DNA of 64,000 nt from an uncultured Poribacteria bacterium (lineage in GTDB: Bacteria; Poribacteria; WGA-4E; WGA-3G), in the NCBI GenBank assembly GCA_951813565.1, contig OX638351.1, forward strand, positions 739,716 to 803,715. The letters run 5' to 3'. Both the position numbers and the translations under genes were made by a program. Below are positions 50,014-60,836 of the stretch, in pieces. The notes below the pieces were generated by a model. It was given only the letters and a program-made list of their open reading frames with translations, searched no databases and was not told where the DNA came from. Positions within the stretch are counted from its first letter, which is position 1; the number at the start of each line of letters is the position of its first letter.

Positions 50014-50625
50014 ATGATTGCAATTATAGACTACAAAGCTGGAAACCTTACAAGCGTTGCGCGTGCTTTGGACCACCTCGGCTATGAAAACCAGATCACG
50101 GATGATGCGGAAACCATTCTTGATGTAGAACGCGTTATCTTTCCCGGAGTCGGTGCTGCAAAAGCGACTATGGGAAACTTGCAGGATCGTTCTCTTGACG
50201 ATGTGCTTCTCAAGTTCTACGAATCTGGCAAACCGATGTTAGGCATCTGTATCGGCATCCAAATCCTTTTTGAACACAGTGAAGAAGAAGATACTGAGTG
50301 CCTTGGACTGCTATCGGGTCACGTGAAAAAATACCCTGTACATAAGCGACTCAAGGTGCCACAAATCGGATGGAATGAAGTCCAGCAGGTTCGTCCGCAT
50401 CAAATCTTTGAAGGCGTGCCGAATCCTGCTCATTTTTACTTTGTTAATGCCTATTATCCTGTTCCAGAGGTGGAAGAAACCATCATTGGGAAGACAACTT
50501 ACGGTCTTGAATTCTGTAGTGTCATTGCCCATAACAATCTGGTCGCAACACAATTTCATTTGGAGAAAAGCGGTAGCGTCGGTTTAAAAATGTTGGCAAA
50601 TTTTTTGAAATGGCAAGCGGGTTAA
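50014..50625 (+). CDS. hisH: imidazole glycerol phosphate synthase subunit HisH
   Basis: IIDYKAGNLTSV, FPGVG, LGICIG.Q, TQFHLEKS. Confidence 0.95.
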   Translation: MIAIIDYKAGNLTSVARALDHLGYENQITDDAETILDVERVIFPGVGAAKATMGNLQDRSLDDVLLKFYESGKPMLGICIGIQILFEHSEEEDTECLGLLSGHVKKYPVHKRLKVPQIGWNEVQQVRPHQIFEGVPNPAHFYFVNAYYPVPEVEETIIGKTTYGLEFCSVIAHNNLVATQFHLEKSGSVGLKMLANFLKWQAG

Positions 50626-50673
50626 CTCCGTTTTTTGAAGGATTTATAACCTGTAACTGCGCGCAAACGTCTC

Positions 50674-52227
50674 ATGAGAACGTTATTTTTAGCACTCGGT
50701 GTGGTGTGTGCGAACATCATTGTATATGTATCGGGGATGTATCAATACTATCTTCCCGTTTCGCACCTTTATTACGGCGTGATGCTGTTAGCAGCAATTT
50801 ACGAAAATTCTCGTAACCAGAATTTACTGCTTGGGTTGACAACAACTGCTAATTGGATATACGTTTTGCGATATCCACAGCAAATAGAGGGTATTGCTGT
50901 GGCGTTCCTATATCCGATTATCGGGTACATCTTGTCCACAACGATTCGTCAGTTGCGGATTCAGCGTTTGAATCGTGCTAAAGAGATGGATAAGATTAGT
51001 ACTGCAAAGACCACGTTAGAAAAACGCGTACGCGAGTTATCGGTTGTTTTTGAAGTAAGCCAAGCAGCGGATGCTGCACTTGAACTCGAAGAACTCTTCC
51101 ATAGAATTGTAGAAATCCTCTCTAAACGACTCGGTATTTATCGTGGCGCATTGAAAATCTATGAAAACGAAGAAATTGTGACATCCGTTGAGGTGAATTT
51201 AGGATTAACTGCTGCAGAACAAAAGCGCGGAACAGACCATCAGATAGAGGAAATTGAGAAACAGGTTTTAGCTGAAGGTGAAGCACGTGGCGTGCCACAG
51301 TATCGCATTCCACGTCCCTCCGTTAAGTTATTTCCGCCTGAGAAGGTTGAATCAAAAGATACGATCGCCTTTTGGGTCCTACCCATCTTTGTAGAGGAAC
51401 GCGTTATTGGAACTTTGACGATTGACAAGGCAAAAGATGAGCTTTCGGCATCTGAAGACGAACAGTTATTAACGATCATTACTTCAATAATTGCACAGCG
51501 GGTCAAAATTAAGCAGACAATTGACGCATTGGTGCAATCGGAACGATTGGCGGCACTCGGTAAATTGGTGACGACAATAGCACATGAGGTCCGAAATCCG
51601 TTAGGCAGTATTCGGTTAGCAACACAACTTCTGAGTGAACCTGATGATCGGTTTGCACCGCTACCTAAAGATGAACGCACCGAAATTGACGAATATACCG
51701 CAATTATTATCAAAGAGGTAGATAGACTTAACCGCTCTATTGAGCAGCTGCTTGCTTTTGGCAAACCGGCAATCGCAAATGCGGAACTTTGCAATGTTCA
51801 CGAATTACTTGATAACTGCCTCGCTACCTATCAACCCGAATTTGACCGATACAATATCAATGCCGTTCGTGAATACACGGCATGTCCGTCAGTGCATATC
51901 AATCAAGATGGCATAACACAAGTCATTCTGAATCTGTTTTCTAATGCAATTGAAGCGATGGAAGTCGGAGGGAATTTGACAATTCAGACGTACACAAAGC
52001 CAGAAACCGAAAACGTTTACATTCGCTTTCAAGACACAGGCCCGGGTATTCCTACAAGCGATGTTCCTAATCTTTTTGATGCGTTTTATACTACAAAACA
52101 GAAAGGGACAGGACTTGGACTTTATATTACTCAGAAGATTTTGGCAGAACACGGTGGCAGTATTGAAGTTGATACTTCTCTTTCATCCGGCACCGCTTTT
52201 ATTATAACGCTTCCTTGCACAATTTAG
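50674..52227 (+). CDS. membrane sensor histidine kinase with GAF domain
   Basis: N-terminal TMs, GAF, AHEVRNPL, NAIEAM, DTGPGI, GTGLGL. Confidence 0.93.
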   Translation: MRTLFLALGVVCANIIVYVSGMYQYYLPVSHLYYGVMLLAAIYENSRNQNLLLGLTTTANWIYVLRYPQQIEGIAVAFLYPIIGYILSTTIRQLRIQRLNRAKEMDKISTAKTTLEKRVRELSVVFEVSQAADAALELEELFHRIVEILSKRLGIYRGALKIYENEEIVTSVEVNLGLTAAEQKRGTDHQIEEIEKQVLAEGEARGVPQYRIPRPSVKLFPPEKVESKDTIAFWVLPIFVEERVIGTLTIDKAKDELSASEDEQLLTIITSIIAQRVKIKQTIDALVQSERLAALGKLVTTIAHEVRNPLGSIRLATQLLSEPDDRFAPLPKDERTEIDEYTAIIIKEVDRLNRSIEQLLAFGKPAIANAELCNVHELLDNCLATYQPEFDRYNINAVREYTACPSVHINQDGITQVILNLFSNAIEAMEVGGNLTIQTYTKPETENVYIRFQDTGPGIPTSDVPNLFDAFYTTKQKGTGLGLYITQKILAEHGGSIEVDTSLSSGTAFIITLPCTI

Positions 52228-52259
52228 TTTTCAGCTAACCGGTAAAATGGATACAAATT

Positions 52260-53684
52260 ATGTCTAATTCAGTTCTAATTGCGGATGACGATCATAGTCT
52301 ACGTTTAGTCTTAAGTGCTGCACTTGATAAGGCGGGGTATCACACAGTCAAAGCACGAAGCGGGAAAGAGGCTATTGATTTTGTTCAGAAAGATGAGTTT
52401 GATGTTATTCTCCTTGATATCTTTTTAGGAGATGCGGACGGACTGGAATTGATAGAACCTATTCAGAAACTGAATCCGACAGCGGCTATCATTATTATCA
52501 CTGGACACGGGACAACACAGACCGCTATTGATGCAGCCAAACAACGCGCTTATAGTTATCTTACCAAACCGATTGATCTAAAACATTTGTTAGACCTCGT
52601 GTCGCGCGCTGCTTCTGCTACAAGCCAAACCAGAAATGTTAAAGCAGCAATTACTTCTATTGATGCTGATGGGAAAGGCAAAATGGTAGGGCAGAGTGCT
52701 GCCATGCAAGCGGTTTATCAGATAATTGGGCGTGCTGCTGTTAGCGATGAAACCGTCCTCATTATGGGGGAAAGTGGTACTGGTAAAGAATTGGTAGCAG
52801 AACTGATTCATCAAAATAGCCCGCGCAGTGATAATCCATTTGTGGTGGTTGATTGCAGTGCTATTCCTCCCAGTCTTATTGAAAGCACACTTTTTGGGCA
52901 TGTCAAAGGTGCGTTTACAGATGCACATACTGACCGAAAGGGTAAGTTTGAACAAGCGGATAGTGGAACTATTTTTCTTGATGAAGTTGGGGAATTGCCT
53001 ATTGATGTGCAGATGAAGTTGTTACGCGTTCTCCAAGAACGAAAGATAGAACCGGTGGGTAGTAACGAAACACGACCTGTGAATGTGCGTATCATTGCTG
53101 CAACTAACCGAAAACTTGATACCGCAATATCACAAAAAACATTCAGAGACGATCTTTATTATCGTCTGAATGTCGTGCCGATTTCGCTACCACCTCTTAG
53201 GGAACGTAAAGAGGATATTCCAGAACTCATTGACCTTTTCACAAGCCGATTTGCGCAGGAATATCAACTTCCAAAAATTGGCATTTCCGCTGAGACAATA
53301 AAGAAACTCATAGAATATGAGTGGCCTGGCAATGTGCGTGAACTTGAGAATGCTATCAAACGCGCGCTTGTGATGTGTTCTGGACAGATGTTACTGACAG
53401 AACATTTTTCACAAATTTTTGACAAACCGATTTCAGGTAGCACAACAGACAACCAAAATCCTAATCAACAAATTCACGCGCTTCTTCAAGGTGAAGTGGA
53501 GCGCTATTTGGAATCCGATGTGGATGCAGGACAATTATATGCTGCAATTCGATCGATTTTCGAGAAACCACTCTTTAAAATTGTCCTTGAACACACTGGC
53601 GGCAACCGCAGCAAGGCATCAGAGATACTTGGGATCAACCGAAACACCTTGCATACCAAATTAAACGAGTACGACATCAAATAA
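52260..53684 (+). CDS. sigma54-dependent NtrC-family response regulator
   Basis: REC domain, GESGTGKE, GAFTDA, WPGNVREL, Fis-type HTH. Confidence 0.94.
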   Translation: MSNSVLIADDDHSLRLVLSAALDKAGYHTVKARSGKEAIDFVQKDEFDVILLDIFLGDADGLELIEPIQKLNPTAAIIIITGHGTTQTAIDAAKQRAYSYLTKPIDLKHLLDLVSRAASATSQTRNVKAAITSIDADGKGKMVGQSAAMQAVYQIIGRAAVSDETVLIMGESGTGKELVAELIHQNSPRSDNPFVVVDCSAIPPSLIESTLFGHVKGAFTDAHTDRKGKFEQADSGTIFLDEVGELPIDVQMKLLRVLQERKIEPVGSNETRPVNVRIIAATNRKLDTAISQKTFRDDLYYRLNVVPISLPPLRERKEDIPELIDLFTSRFAQEYQLPKIGISAETIKKLIEYEWPGNVRELENAIKRALVMCSGQMLLTEHFSQIFDKPISGSTTDNQNPNQQIHALLQGEVERYLESDVDAGQLYAAIRSIFEKPLFKIVLEHTGGNRSKASEILGINRNTLHTKLNEYDIK

Positions 53685-53735
53685 CAGTTTTGAATTCTAA
53701 AATAAAATGAATAAAATCAAATTGAGATCATACTA

Positions 53736-54029
53736 ATGGACATAGGAAAAGTTATTGGAACAGTTGTCGCAACGCGAAAAGACCCGAGTTTAGAAGGCAC
53801 ACGCCTTCTCGTCGTGCAACCTTTGGATGAAAAACATAATCCTATTTCCGAACCTCTTGTCGCAGTAGATACACTACAAGATGCGGGGGTAGGAGAAATA
53901 GTCTACATAGTTACCGGAGGCGATGCGGTAGGTGTTATACCCGGAAAGCGGATGCCGGTAGATGTGGCAATTGTCGGTATTGTTGATTCTCTCTCGCTGC
54001 TTGAAGAACCGGGCAAAACGTTACCGTAA
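53736..54029 (+). CDS. EutN/CcmL family microcompartment vertex protein
   Basis: GKVIGTVVATRK...L.G..LL.VQP, VAVD..AGVGE, VDVAIVGIVD. Confidence 0.93.
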   Translation: MDIGKVIGTVVATRKDPSLEGTRLLVVQPLDEKHNPISEPLVAVDTLQDAGVGEIVYIVTGGDAVGVIPGKRMPVDVAIVGIVDSLSLLEEPGKTLP

Positions 54030-54086
54030 CATCGTGAAGTTTTAGTCTCGCGTTACGCGATATTATGCAAAATCTTGTTGGTTTTT

Positions 54087-54383
54087 ATGTACCTTGCAAA
54101 AGTAATTGGTAAAGCCGTATCTGTGCTTAAGCATCCTGCATATAAAAATCGGACGCTGCTGCTTGTCCAACCTTTGAGTCTGAAATCCGAACTTGTCCGC
54201 ACACCAACAATTGCTGTGGATTATGTGGGGGCAGGTGAAGGCGACACGGTAATTGTCGGTGCCGGTCCCGGTGTTGCACAGGAGGTTTTTGGTATAGAAA
54301 ATGCCCCAATCCGAGAACTCGTAATGGGTATTGTAGACCATTTTGATGTGGAATTTCTGGAGGAAACAAAATGGCACGAGTAA
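54087..54383 (+). CDS. EutN/CcmL family microcompartment vertex protein (second, divergent)
   Basis: MYLAKVIG..VS..KH, IAVDYVGAGEGD.V, MGIVD. Confidence 0.9.
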   Translation: MYLAKVIGKAVSVLKHPAYKNRTLLLVQPLSLKSELVRTPTIAVDYVGAGEGDTVIVGAGPGVAQEVFGIENAPIRELVMGIVDHFDVEFLEETKWHE

Positions 54384-55039
54384 GCAAAGAAAATCCTTTT
54401 AACCTCAGTCTTTTGTCACAGAGTTTTACTGTTATAGGTCCTACACTCCGAAAAGACCTATTTTGCGTTTTCTGCTTACTATTTATCTGTTTAACCCTAA
54501 ATGCTTGTAACCTTGCTACGATATTATCAACGCAGTATAGTGAAAATATAGCACAAGCCAATTATGGGACCGAAGCAAACCATCCCGGTCTGAATGATGG
54601 AAACCTCGAAACTGTAGCAACTATTCCGGCAAGGAATGATCGCAACTTTGTCATCCGATTTGCTGAAGTAAACCCGGTCCGCAAAATTGTCATTCACAAC
54701 GAAAACTTGTTCCGATTTGAGATGGACTACCTGAACCATGAAACCGGTAAATGGGAAACCTTCCATTCTGTCATTCAGCGGCGTAACCTTAAAGGCAAGC
54801 GTGCCCAATCCGAGTTTGTCTTTGACAGATTGAACTTTCGCACACAGATGATACGGATTACCGTAACTCGGACTGTAGATGACATCGTTGTGAACAAATT
54901 TGTCACCGATCCTGGAGACAAAGTGGTGAACCAGCGTAAAACGATGGCTGGCCAATACTTACCTCACTACCGAGTGGTCCGACCTTCCATTGCTCAAATC
55001 CGAGAAATTGAGGTCTATCACCTCGCCCAAAATAAGTGA
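54371..55039 (+). CDS. hypothetical lipoprotein, discoidin/galactose-binding-like
   Basis: LNAC lipobox, ENIA..LNDGN, terminal IREIEVY. Confidence 0.65.
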   Translation: MARVSKENPFNLSLLSQSFTVIGPTLRKDLFCVFCLLFICLTLNACNLATILSTQYSENIAQANYGTEANHPGLNDGNLETVATIPARNDRNFVIRFAEVNPVRKIVIHNENLFRFEMDYLNHETGKWETFHSVIQRRNLKGKRAQSEFVFDRLNFRTQMIRITVTRTVDDIVVNKFVTDPGDKVVNQRKTMAGQYLPHYRVVRPSIAQIREIEVYHLAQNK

Positions 55040-55104
55040 TCTATAGTAAATTTTACAAGTAACGATAAACTTTGATCGACGCGCTTACATAGCGCGTTTA
55101 CCAG

Positions 55105-58100
55105 TTGATGTTTAATATTATGATTTCAATGATGAAACACATTACATTATTAACAGTCATTTTACTCCTTATAAATATAGTGTCTTTTTTTGCTGTTATC
55201 TCTGTGGAAGCTTCCCCAGTTACCCCTAATAACCGATCACATATTAGGGGAATATCACACAGTAGCGGAAAGATTGAATTGGTAAGTGCTACATCCCAAG
55301 GGGTAACGATTCAACTTGCTATCGCTGAATCAGATTTCGAAATAGAAACACAGGAACGTAGTGGCAAACATTTTCAGACGCTCTCATTCCCAGAATGCCG
55401 TTTCACAACAGAACATGGAACCCACCGTCTACCTATGCAGACTGCCCTGATTGGGGTTCCAGCAGATGCAAGTTTTACGTTACGTGTTGTTGAAAGTAGT
55501 GACTTTAGCATATATAAACTTCAACACACGCTCGCGGATCGTAGTGTTTATTTCGGGCAACACAATTTTAATGCAGCGGCGCCAACATCAGAGAAGGTTT
55601 ATACAACCGATCGTTTTTTTCCACACAACCTTGCTGAAATTAGAACGGCAGGATGGATTCGGGAAAACCGCGTTCTTCCTATCCAACTAAATCCGGTTCA
55701 ATATAACCCTGTCAGTGGCGAGGTTCGGCTTTACCACCGCCTTGTAGTCGAGGTGCAATTCAACGGGTTAGGTAAAGCACCGTCAGCGTTTCAAGGATTC
55801 CCTCGTCCAGAATCTTCTATTTATGAGGAAATGTTCGGGAATCTACTGATTAATCCACAAACTGCTAAGCAGTGGCGTTCTCCAGTTATGGGTGAAATTC
55901 AAGGGAACAATGTTTCCACAGTTGGGACACTTACTGAGCGCAGTCCTGCCTTTTCTCTACCCAGTGCCCCCCCAATTACCTCGCCTCGCTATAAGATCAC
56001 TATTACTGAGTCAGGCATGTACCGCATTGCGGCAAGCGACTTAGCAGCAGCTGGAGTTGATATAACTACTATCAGACCTTCCTCATTGACAATGTCAAAC
56101 AAAGGAAAACAAATCCCGCTTCTTGTGCGGAGAACAAGCAGTGGACAATCAGCAACAGAGGATGGGATTAATTCCACTGGGTTTGATAGCAACAGTGAAA
56201 TCATTTTTTTCGGTCAACGCCACGGTGGTGAAAAAACTTATATTGATCCATATTCAGATGAGAATGTCTATTGGCTTTCGTGGAATTCAGGACCGGGACT
56301 GCGGATGGAAACAAAAGTGGTTTCAACAGATACATTCGGAAGATATGAACCTAAGAACTTCCTCACACGTGTCCATTTTGAAAAAGATAATCAGTTTAGA
56401 CGTTTTAAAAATTTTGGTCTTGCAGCAGGAAGTGAATATCAACAAATTAGTGACGGTCTCCAAGAACGGCGATTCACACTAACAGCCTTACCTGAGTTGC
56501 CAGACGATAGTTGGTTTTGGGCACAACTCAGTGCACCACAAGTAAGAGGCTTTCCTTTTACGATAACCGGTGTTGCGGGAACAGCTGAAAAAGCTACCGT
56601 ACGGATTGCGCTCCACGGCAGATCAGAAGATGTGCACTTTACTGAACTGTGGCTGAATGAGGATATTGTCCTTGGAGGACCGCGATGGGAAGGAGAAACA
56701 GAATTCCAATTTGAGAATCAACAGATTTCCCAATCCGTTCTCAAAGATGGTAGAAATACAATTAGCGCGGTTAATCCTGGGGGGAGTGGTCTGGATCTCA
56801 TCATGCTGAACTGGTTTGAAATTGACTATTGGCGAACTTTTGAAGCAAATGCGGATGTTCTGCCTTTTTCAATTACATTACTCCCAGACGATGAAACCGG
56901 CAACGTTAATCCTAATTTTAAAGTTGAGTTAAAGAACTTTTCCAATCCTAACATTGAGATTTATGGTATTGATGGCACGCGGTATGTTGGTTTATCACCG
57001 ATAGAAGATGAAGATCGTCCAGGCATCTACAATGTCGTTTTTCAATCTTCACGGATAGGCGGCGTGTCGCAAAACCGATCTGCTGTACCACTTGATACAG
57101 ATATCCAATATATCGCGCTAACAAGCGACAAATACCTAAAACCTAACAAAATCATCAAGGACACATCATCGGATTTAAGCGGTCTACACAACGGTGCAGA
57201 TTACATTATCATTACGGATACAGAATTTATGCGAGATGTGCAACCGCTTGTCGACTTTCGAATCCAGCAAGGAATGCGGGCTAAAGTGGTGGATGTCCAA
57301 AATATCTATGATGAGTTTAATCATGGAATTTCCAATCCTTATGCGCTCCGCGATTTCCTTAAGTATGCTTATGAAAACTGGCAACCGCCAGCACCAACCT
57401 ATGTTTTGTTAGTTGGGGACACAAGCCCAAAAGACAAGGTAAGTTTTGTTCCTACAATTCAGGTGCAAATCCCGGGTTACGGTTCATCTGCGAGCGATCA
57501 CCAATTCGTCACATTTCGCGGCGATGACAGTTTCCCGGATATGCTTATCGGAAGAGTGCCAGCAGCAAATAGTGTAGATGCGCGGATATTCGTTGAACGT
57601 ACCATCAACTATGAAAATACTGCCGAAGTAGGTCCTTGGCACAAACGTATACTTATGCTCGCGGGCTCAGATAAAAGATTTCACGCCCAAACCGATGAAC
57701 TGATTGAAGTGAGAAGGCTCCCTGAAAAATATGAAACTAAACTAATCTATGCGCCTCCTACTGCAGAAGATGAACTGACCTTAGGTGAAGGCAGCACTCC
57801 TGTTGGACGACAGGTTATTGATGGTTTCAACGATGGAGCGACTCTTGTTAATTATATCGGTCACGGTGGTGGAGGCGTTTGGTCATCCAGTCGTATGATG
57901 GATTTAGAGGATCCAGAAAAAAACCTAACAAATATATCGCGGCTTCCCTTTGTTATCAGTATGACGTGTTTCACGGGTGAATTCGACAGTCCATCAGGCT
58001 GTCTCGCGGAAGCGTTGCTTCGTTCGGAAAGTGGTGGTGCCATCGCGGTCATCGGCGGAACGAGCATCGGACTATTAGATGGGGACCATCTTCTCAATAA

Positions 58101-60357
58101 AGAGATTTTTGAGGTTATTTTTAATGACAACACACAACATATCGGTGGCATTCTCGCCGAAGCGAAGACACAATTTCTGATTAACTTCCCGGGATTCCTT
58201 GATCTTACGGAAGTTTTTACCCTTTTCGGTGATCCAGCGACTCGGTTGAGATTGCCGCACACGCAGATGCAAGTCACAGTTGATTTAGATGAGACATCTG
58301 ATCCGGAAAATTTCAAAACAGAAACATTACTATCTATTTCTGGAACGCTACCTAACCCCGATTTTAGTGGAGATGCCGAGATTACTGTGCTTCCGAATCC
58401 GCCAGACAGAAGCATAAAAAAGAAACGTTCAAGTCGTAATCCTCCGGATATGGTTGTTCGTCGTTCTATAGACGACGAACCTCGTATGGAAACTGTGTCG
58501 GTGATTGATGGAAAGTTCGAAACACAAATACGGATTCCTTACAATAGCGCATTTGATGCGCTGAAGTTGAGAGTTTACGCGTGGAATGCTGAAGAAGACG
58601 CAATTGGATATATGGATTATACCCCTCTTGATCGATACATCAAAAACGTCCGTCTTGAACCTTATCCTGTTGCCCCCGCCCAACCTGTCCATATTTATGC
58701 TGAGGCAGTTAATCCAAGTGTAATTGACGAAATAACCCTCTATTGGAGTTTTTTTGTCATAGAAGATCGTCGTACAGAGGCAGATGCAATCCCGATGGTT
58801 TTACACGAAGGAAGTACCTACAGAACTGAACAACCTATCCCCGCGCATCTATCAGGTGACCTAATTGATTACTATCTACTTGTCAAACCGAAGGATGGGC
58901 GTATTCTTCACACAAAGGTTGTTACCTATGAAGTTGGTGAAGCGGATCTCACCGTTTTAGAACATACTATCAACTGGAATTCCGCTGCACCTTTCTTGCT
59001 TTCCGCGCAAATTAGAAACCGCGGTTCTCTTCATGCCAAAAACGTGCCTGTCCGCTTTTTTCAGATGCGCGTGACTGATGGTTCAGAAACGCAAGAAGTA
59101 ACACTTGAGGCACTCCAGAACGCGACACCTATTGGAGAGGAACAGATTATCTCTGAAGTTCCTCCCGACGGTTCTGTTGTAGCGAGTGTCCCTTGGCAAC
59201 CTGCCCTGGGTACATACCTTGTAACAGTATTTGTAGACATGCCGTCGGAAGAACAACCGAATGGTATTCTTGCTGAATTTAGGGAACACAATAACAGCGC
59301 ATCACGGCAATTTATTAATAACCAACTCTTCCTTACTCCCGATAGTCTTAATACGCCGATTCAGAGCGCAGATGGCGTTTTTCGTATAACTCTACCGCCA
59401 GAGAGCCTGCAAACACATCCAATGATGACGTTTGAAACGGAAGAATTGACTATTACGAACCAACCAGATATAACACCTATTCCCACAACAATTGAACAAG
59501 CTGTGCCTCTTGCCTATCGCCTTAACTTCAGTCAACAAACTGAATTGACAGGGACAGCAACGTTCATGAACACAACGGGTGCGGACTCGCATATCTATAT
59601 GCGTGACGATGAAACAGGGAATTGGATTCGGGTTGGAAAGCAGAAAGATAACGGTGAAATAATTTCCGCGGAAGTTAAACTACCGGGGACGTTCGCACTG
59701 CTCTCCTACACAGATTCTCACCCACCAACATTGGAATTAACCGTTGAAAATCAGGGATTCATTGATGGTGATTACATCTCCGATATGCCCACTATTTCTG
59801 CGAGAATAGAAGACGCAAATGGTATTGATCCTCGGCCCGAGAATATCATTCTCACCAAAAATGGTAACCGCGTCCCACAAGACGAGTACATAGTATCCGC
59901 TTCTCCTACAAGTAGCAACGTCCTCCTGATAACCTATTCCCCGGTTGATACGCTGCAAGCAGGTGAGTACCGAATTCGGTTACAGGCTCAGGATGCAAAT
60001 GGTAATGTCGCAGACACCGATCGGACAGCAAGGGTCGCAGGTGGATTTGAAATAAAAAACATCGCTAATTTTCCAAACCCGTTCCGTTCTGGACAAGGCA
60101 CTGGAAAAGGGACAGACTTCGCCTATTATCTAACAGAAAGTGCGGATAAAGTTACCCTCAAGATTTACACACTTACCGGCAAACTTATCACTACTATTGA
60201 TACACTTGACGCGTCTACTTCTTACAACGAATACCATTTCAATGGCTTGGATGCCGATGGTGAACCGCTTGCGAACGGCGTCTATATTTACAAATTTACC
60301 GCTACCAAAGGTGATGATCGCGCTCAAAAGGTTGGTAAGATAGTGGTTCTCAAGTAG
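55105..60357 (+). CDS. C25 (gingipain/PorU-like) cysteine peptidase with propeptide, CARDB-like and C-terminal FlgD-Ig domain
   Basis: YKITITESGMYRI, ADYIII, IYDEF, YVLLVGD, catalytic NYIGHG and SMTC, LFGDPA, NFPNPF..LANGVYIYK. Confidence 0.9.
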   Translation: MMFNIMISMMKHITLLTVILLLINIVSFFAVISVEASPVTPNNRSHIRGISHSSGKIELVSATSQGVTIQLAIAESDFEIETQERSGKHFQTLSFPECRFTTEHGTHRLPMQTALIGVPADASFTLRVVESSDFSIYKLQHTLADRSVYFGQHNFNAAAPTSEKVYTTDRFFPHNLAEIRTAGWIRENRVLPIQLNPVQYNPVSGEVRLYHRLVVEVQFNGLGKAPSAFQGFPRPESSIYEEMFGNLLINPQTAKQWRSPVMGEIQGNNVSTVGTLTERSPAFSLPSAPPITSPRYKITITESGMYRIAASDLAAAGVDITTIRPSSLTMSNKGKQIPLLVRRTSSGQSATEDGINSTGFDSNSEIIFFGQRHGGEKTYIDPYSDENVYWLSWNSGPGLRMETKVVSTDTFGRYEPKNFLTRVHFEKDNQFRRFKNFGLAAGSEYQQISDGLQERRFTLTALPELPDDSWFWAQLSAPQVRGFPFTITGVAGTAEKATVRIALHGRSEDVHFTELWLNEDIVLGGPRWEGETEFQFENQQISQSVLKDGRNTISAVNPGGSGLDLIMLNWFEIDYWRTFEANADVLPFSITLLPDDETGNVNPNFKVELKNFSNPNIEIYGIDGTRYVGLSPIEDEDRPGIYNVVFQSSRIGGVSQNRSAVPLDTDIQYIALTSDKYLKPNKIIKDTSSDLSGLHNGADYIIITDTEFMRDVQPLVDFRIQQGMRAKVVDVQNIYDEFNHGISNPYALRDFLKYAYENWQPPAPTYVLLVGDTSPKDKVSFVPTIQVQIPGYGSSASDHQFVTFRGDDSFPDMLIGRVPAANSVDARIFVERTINYENTAEVGPWHKRILMLAGSDKRFHAQTDELIEVRRLPEKYETKLIYAPPTAEDELTLGEGSTPVGRQVIDGFNDGATLVNYIGHGGGGVWSSSRMMDLEDPEKNLTNISRLPFVISMTCFTGEFDSPSGCLAEALLRSESGGAIAVIGGTSIGLLDGDHLLNKEIFEVIFNDNTQHIGGILAEAKTQFLINFPGFLDLTEVFTLFGDPATRLRLPHTQMQVTVDLDETSDPENFKTETLLSISGTLPNPDFSGDAEITVLPNPPDRSIKKKRSSRNPPDMVVRRSIDDEPRMETVSVIDGKFETQIRIPYNSAFDALKLRVYAWNAEEDAIGYMDYTPLDRYIKNVRLEPYPVAPAQPVHIYAEAVNPSVIDEITLYWSFFVIEDRRTEADAIPMVLHEGSTYRTEQPIPAHLSGDLIDYYLLVKPKDGRILHTKVVTYEVGEADLTVLEHTINWNSAAPFLLSAQIRNRGSLHAKNVPVRFFQMRVTDGSETQEVTLEALQNATPIGEEQIISEVPPDGSVVASVPWQPALGTYLVTVFVDMPSEEQPNGILAEFREHNNSASRQFINNQLFLTPDSLNTPIQSADGVFRITLPPESLQTHPMMTFETEELTITNQPDITPIPTTIEQAVPLAYRLNFSQQTELTGTATFMNTTGADSHIYMRDDETGNWIRVGKQKDNGEIISAEVKLPGTFALLSYTDSHPPTLELTVENQGFIDGDYISDMPTISARIEDANGIDPRPENIILTKNGNRVPQDEYIVSASPTSSNVLLITYSPVDTLQAGEYRIRLQAQDANGNVADTDRTARVAGGFEIKNIANFPNPFRSGQGTGKGTDFAYYLTESADKVTLKIYTLTGKLITTIDTLDASTSYNEYHFNGLDADGEPLANGVYIYKFTATKGDDRAQKVGKIVVLK

Positions 60358-60360
60358 AAG

Positions 60361-60830
60361 GCAATTTAGTGGTAGAGATTCTTGTGGGAGGCGTTTTCAA
60401 CGCCGATTTTCTTATGTAGCGTAAACTTTCAGTTTGCGCACACAATTCGGGCATAAACTAAAAGTTCGTGCTACAGCAGAAGACTTGCTGCAACTCAGAT
60501 AACACACAAGCAAATCTTTCTAAAATACAGATGTACTATCTTAAATTGACGCCCTACGGTGCGATTGGAAACCGCAACCATAACTGTCAATTTAAAAAAA
60601 TCTGGATTATCTCTTCTTGTAGGAGCGAGCTCCGGCTCGCGACATCGGACGAAGGGTCGCGAGCTGGAGCTCGCTCCTACAGAATGTCCGAAGTGCCAAA
60701 TTCCAAACGCGCATTTGACGTTAATTTGACAATGAATTGCGCGACTACAAACGGCATTTCTATAAATCAAGCGGCACCTGGCGTCTGTCCTTGTCTGTGT
60801 TGATGCGGCAAATATTTATGCACACCCCTC
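60361..60830. mobile_element. cluster of REP doublets inside two abutting TGTCAATTTAA-type cassettes
   Basis: CTTAAATTGACGCCCTA, a ~24 bp hairpin, then TAACTGTCAATTTAA at ~60540-60595; GTAGCGTAAACT..GTGCTAC; GTAGGAGCGAGCTCC..GGAGCTCGCTCCTAC. Confidence 0.7.
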
Positions 60831-60836
60831 ATATAA

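Noticed and set aside
52260-53684. Assigning ntrB/ntrC gene names
   Set aside because: Only family-level motifs; no glnA or amt context, and the kinase is membrane-bound with a GAF domain.
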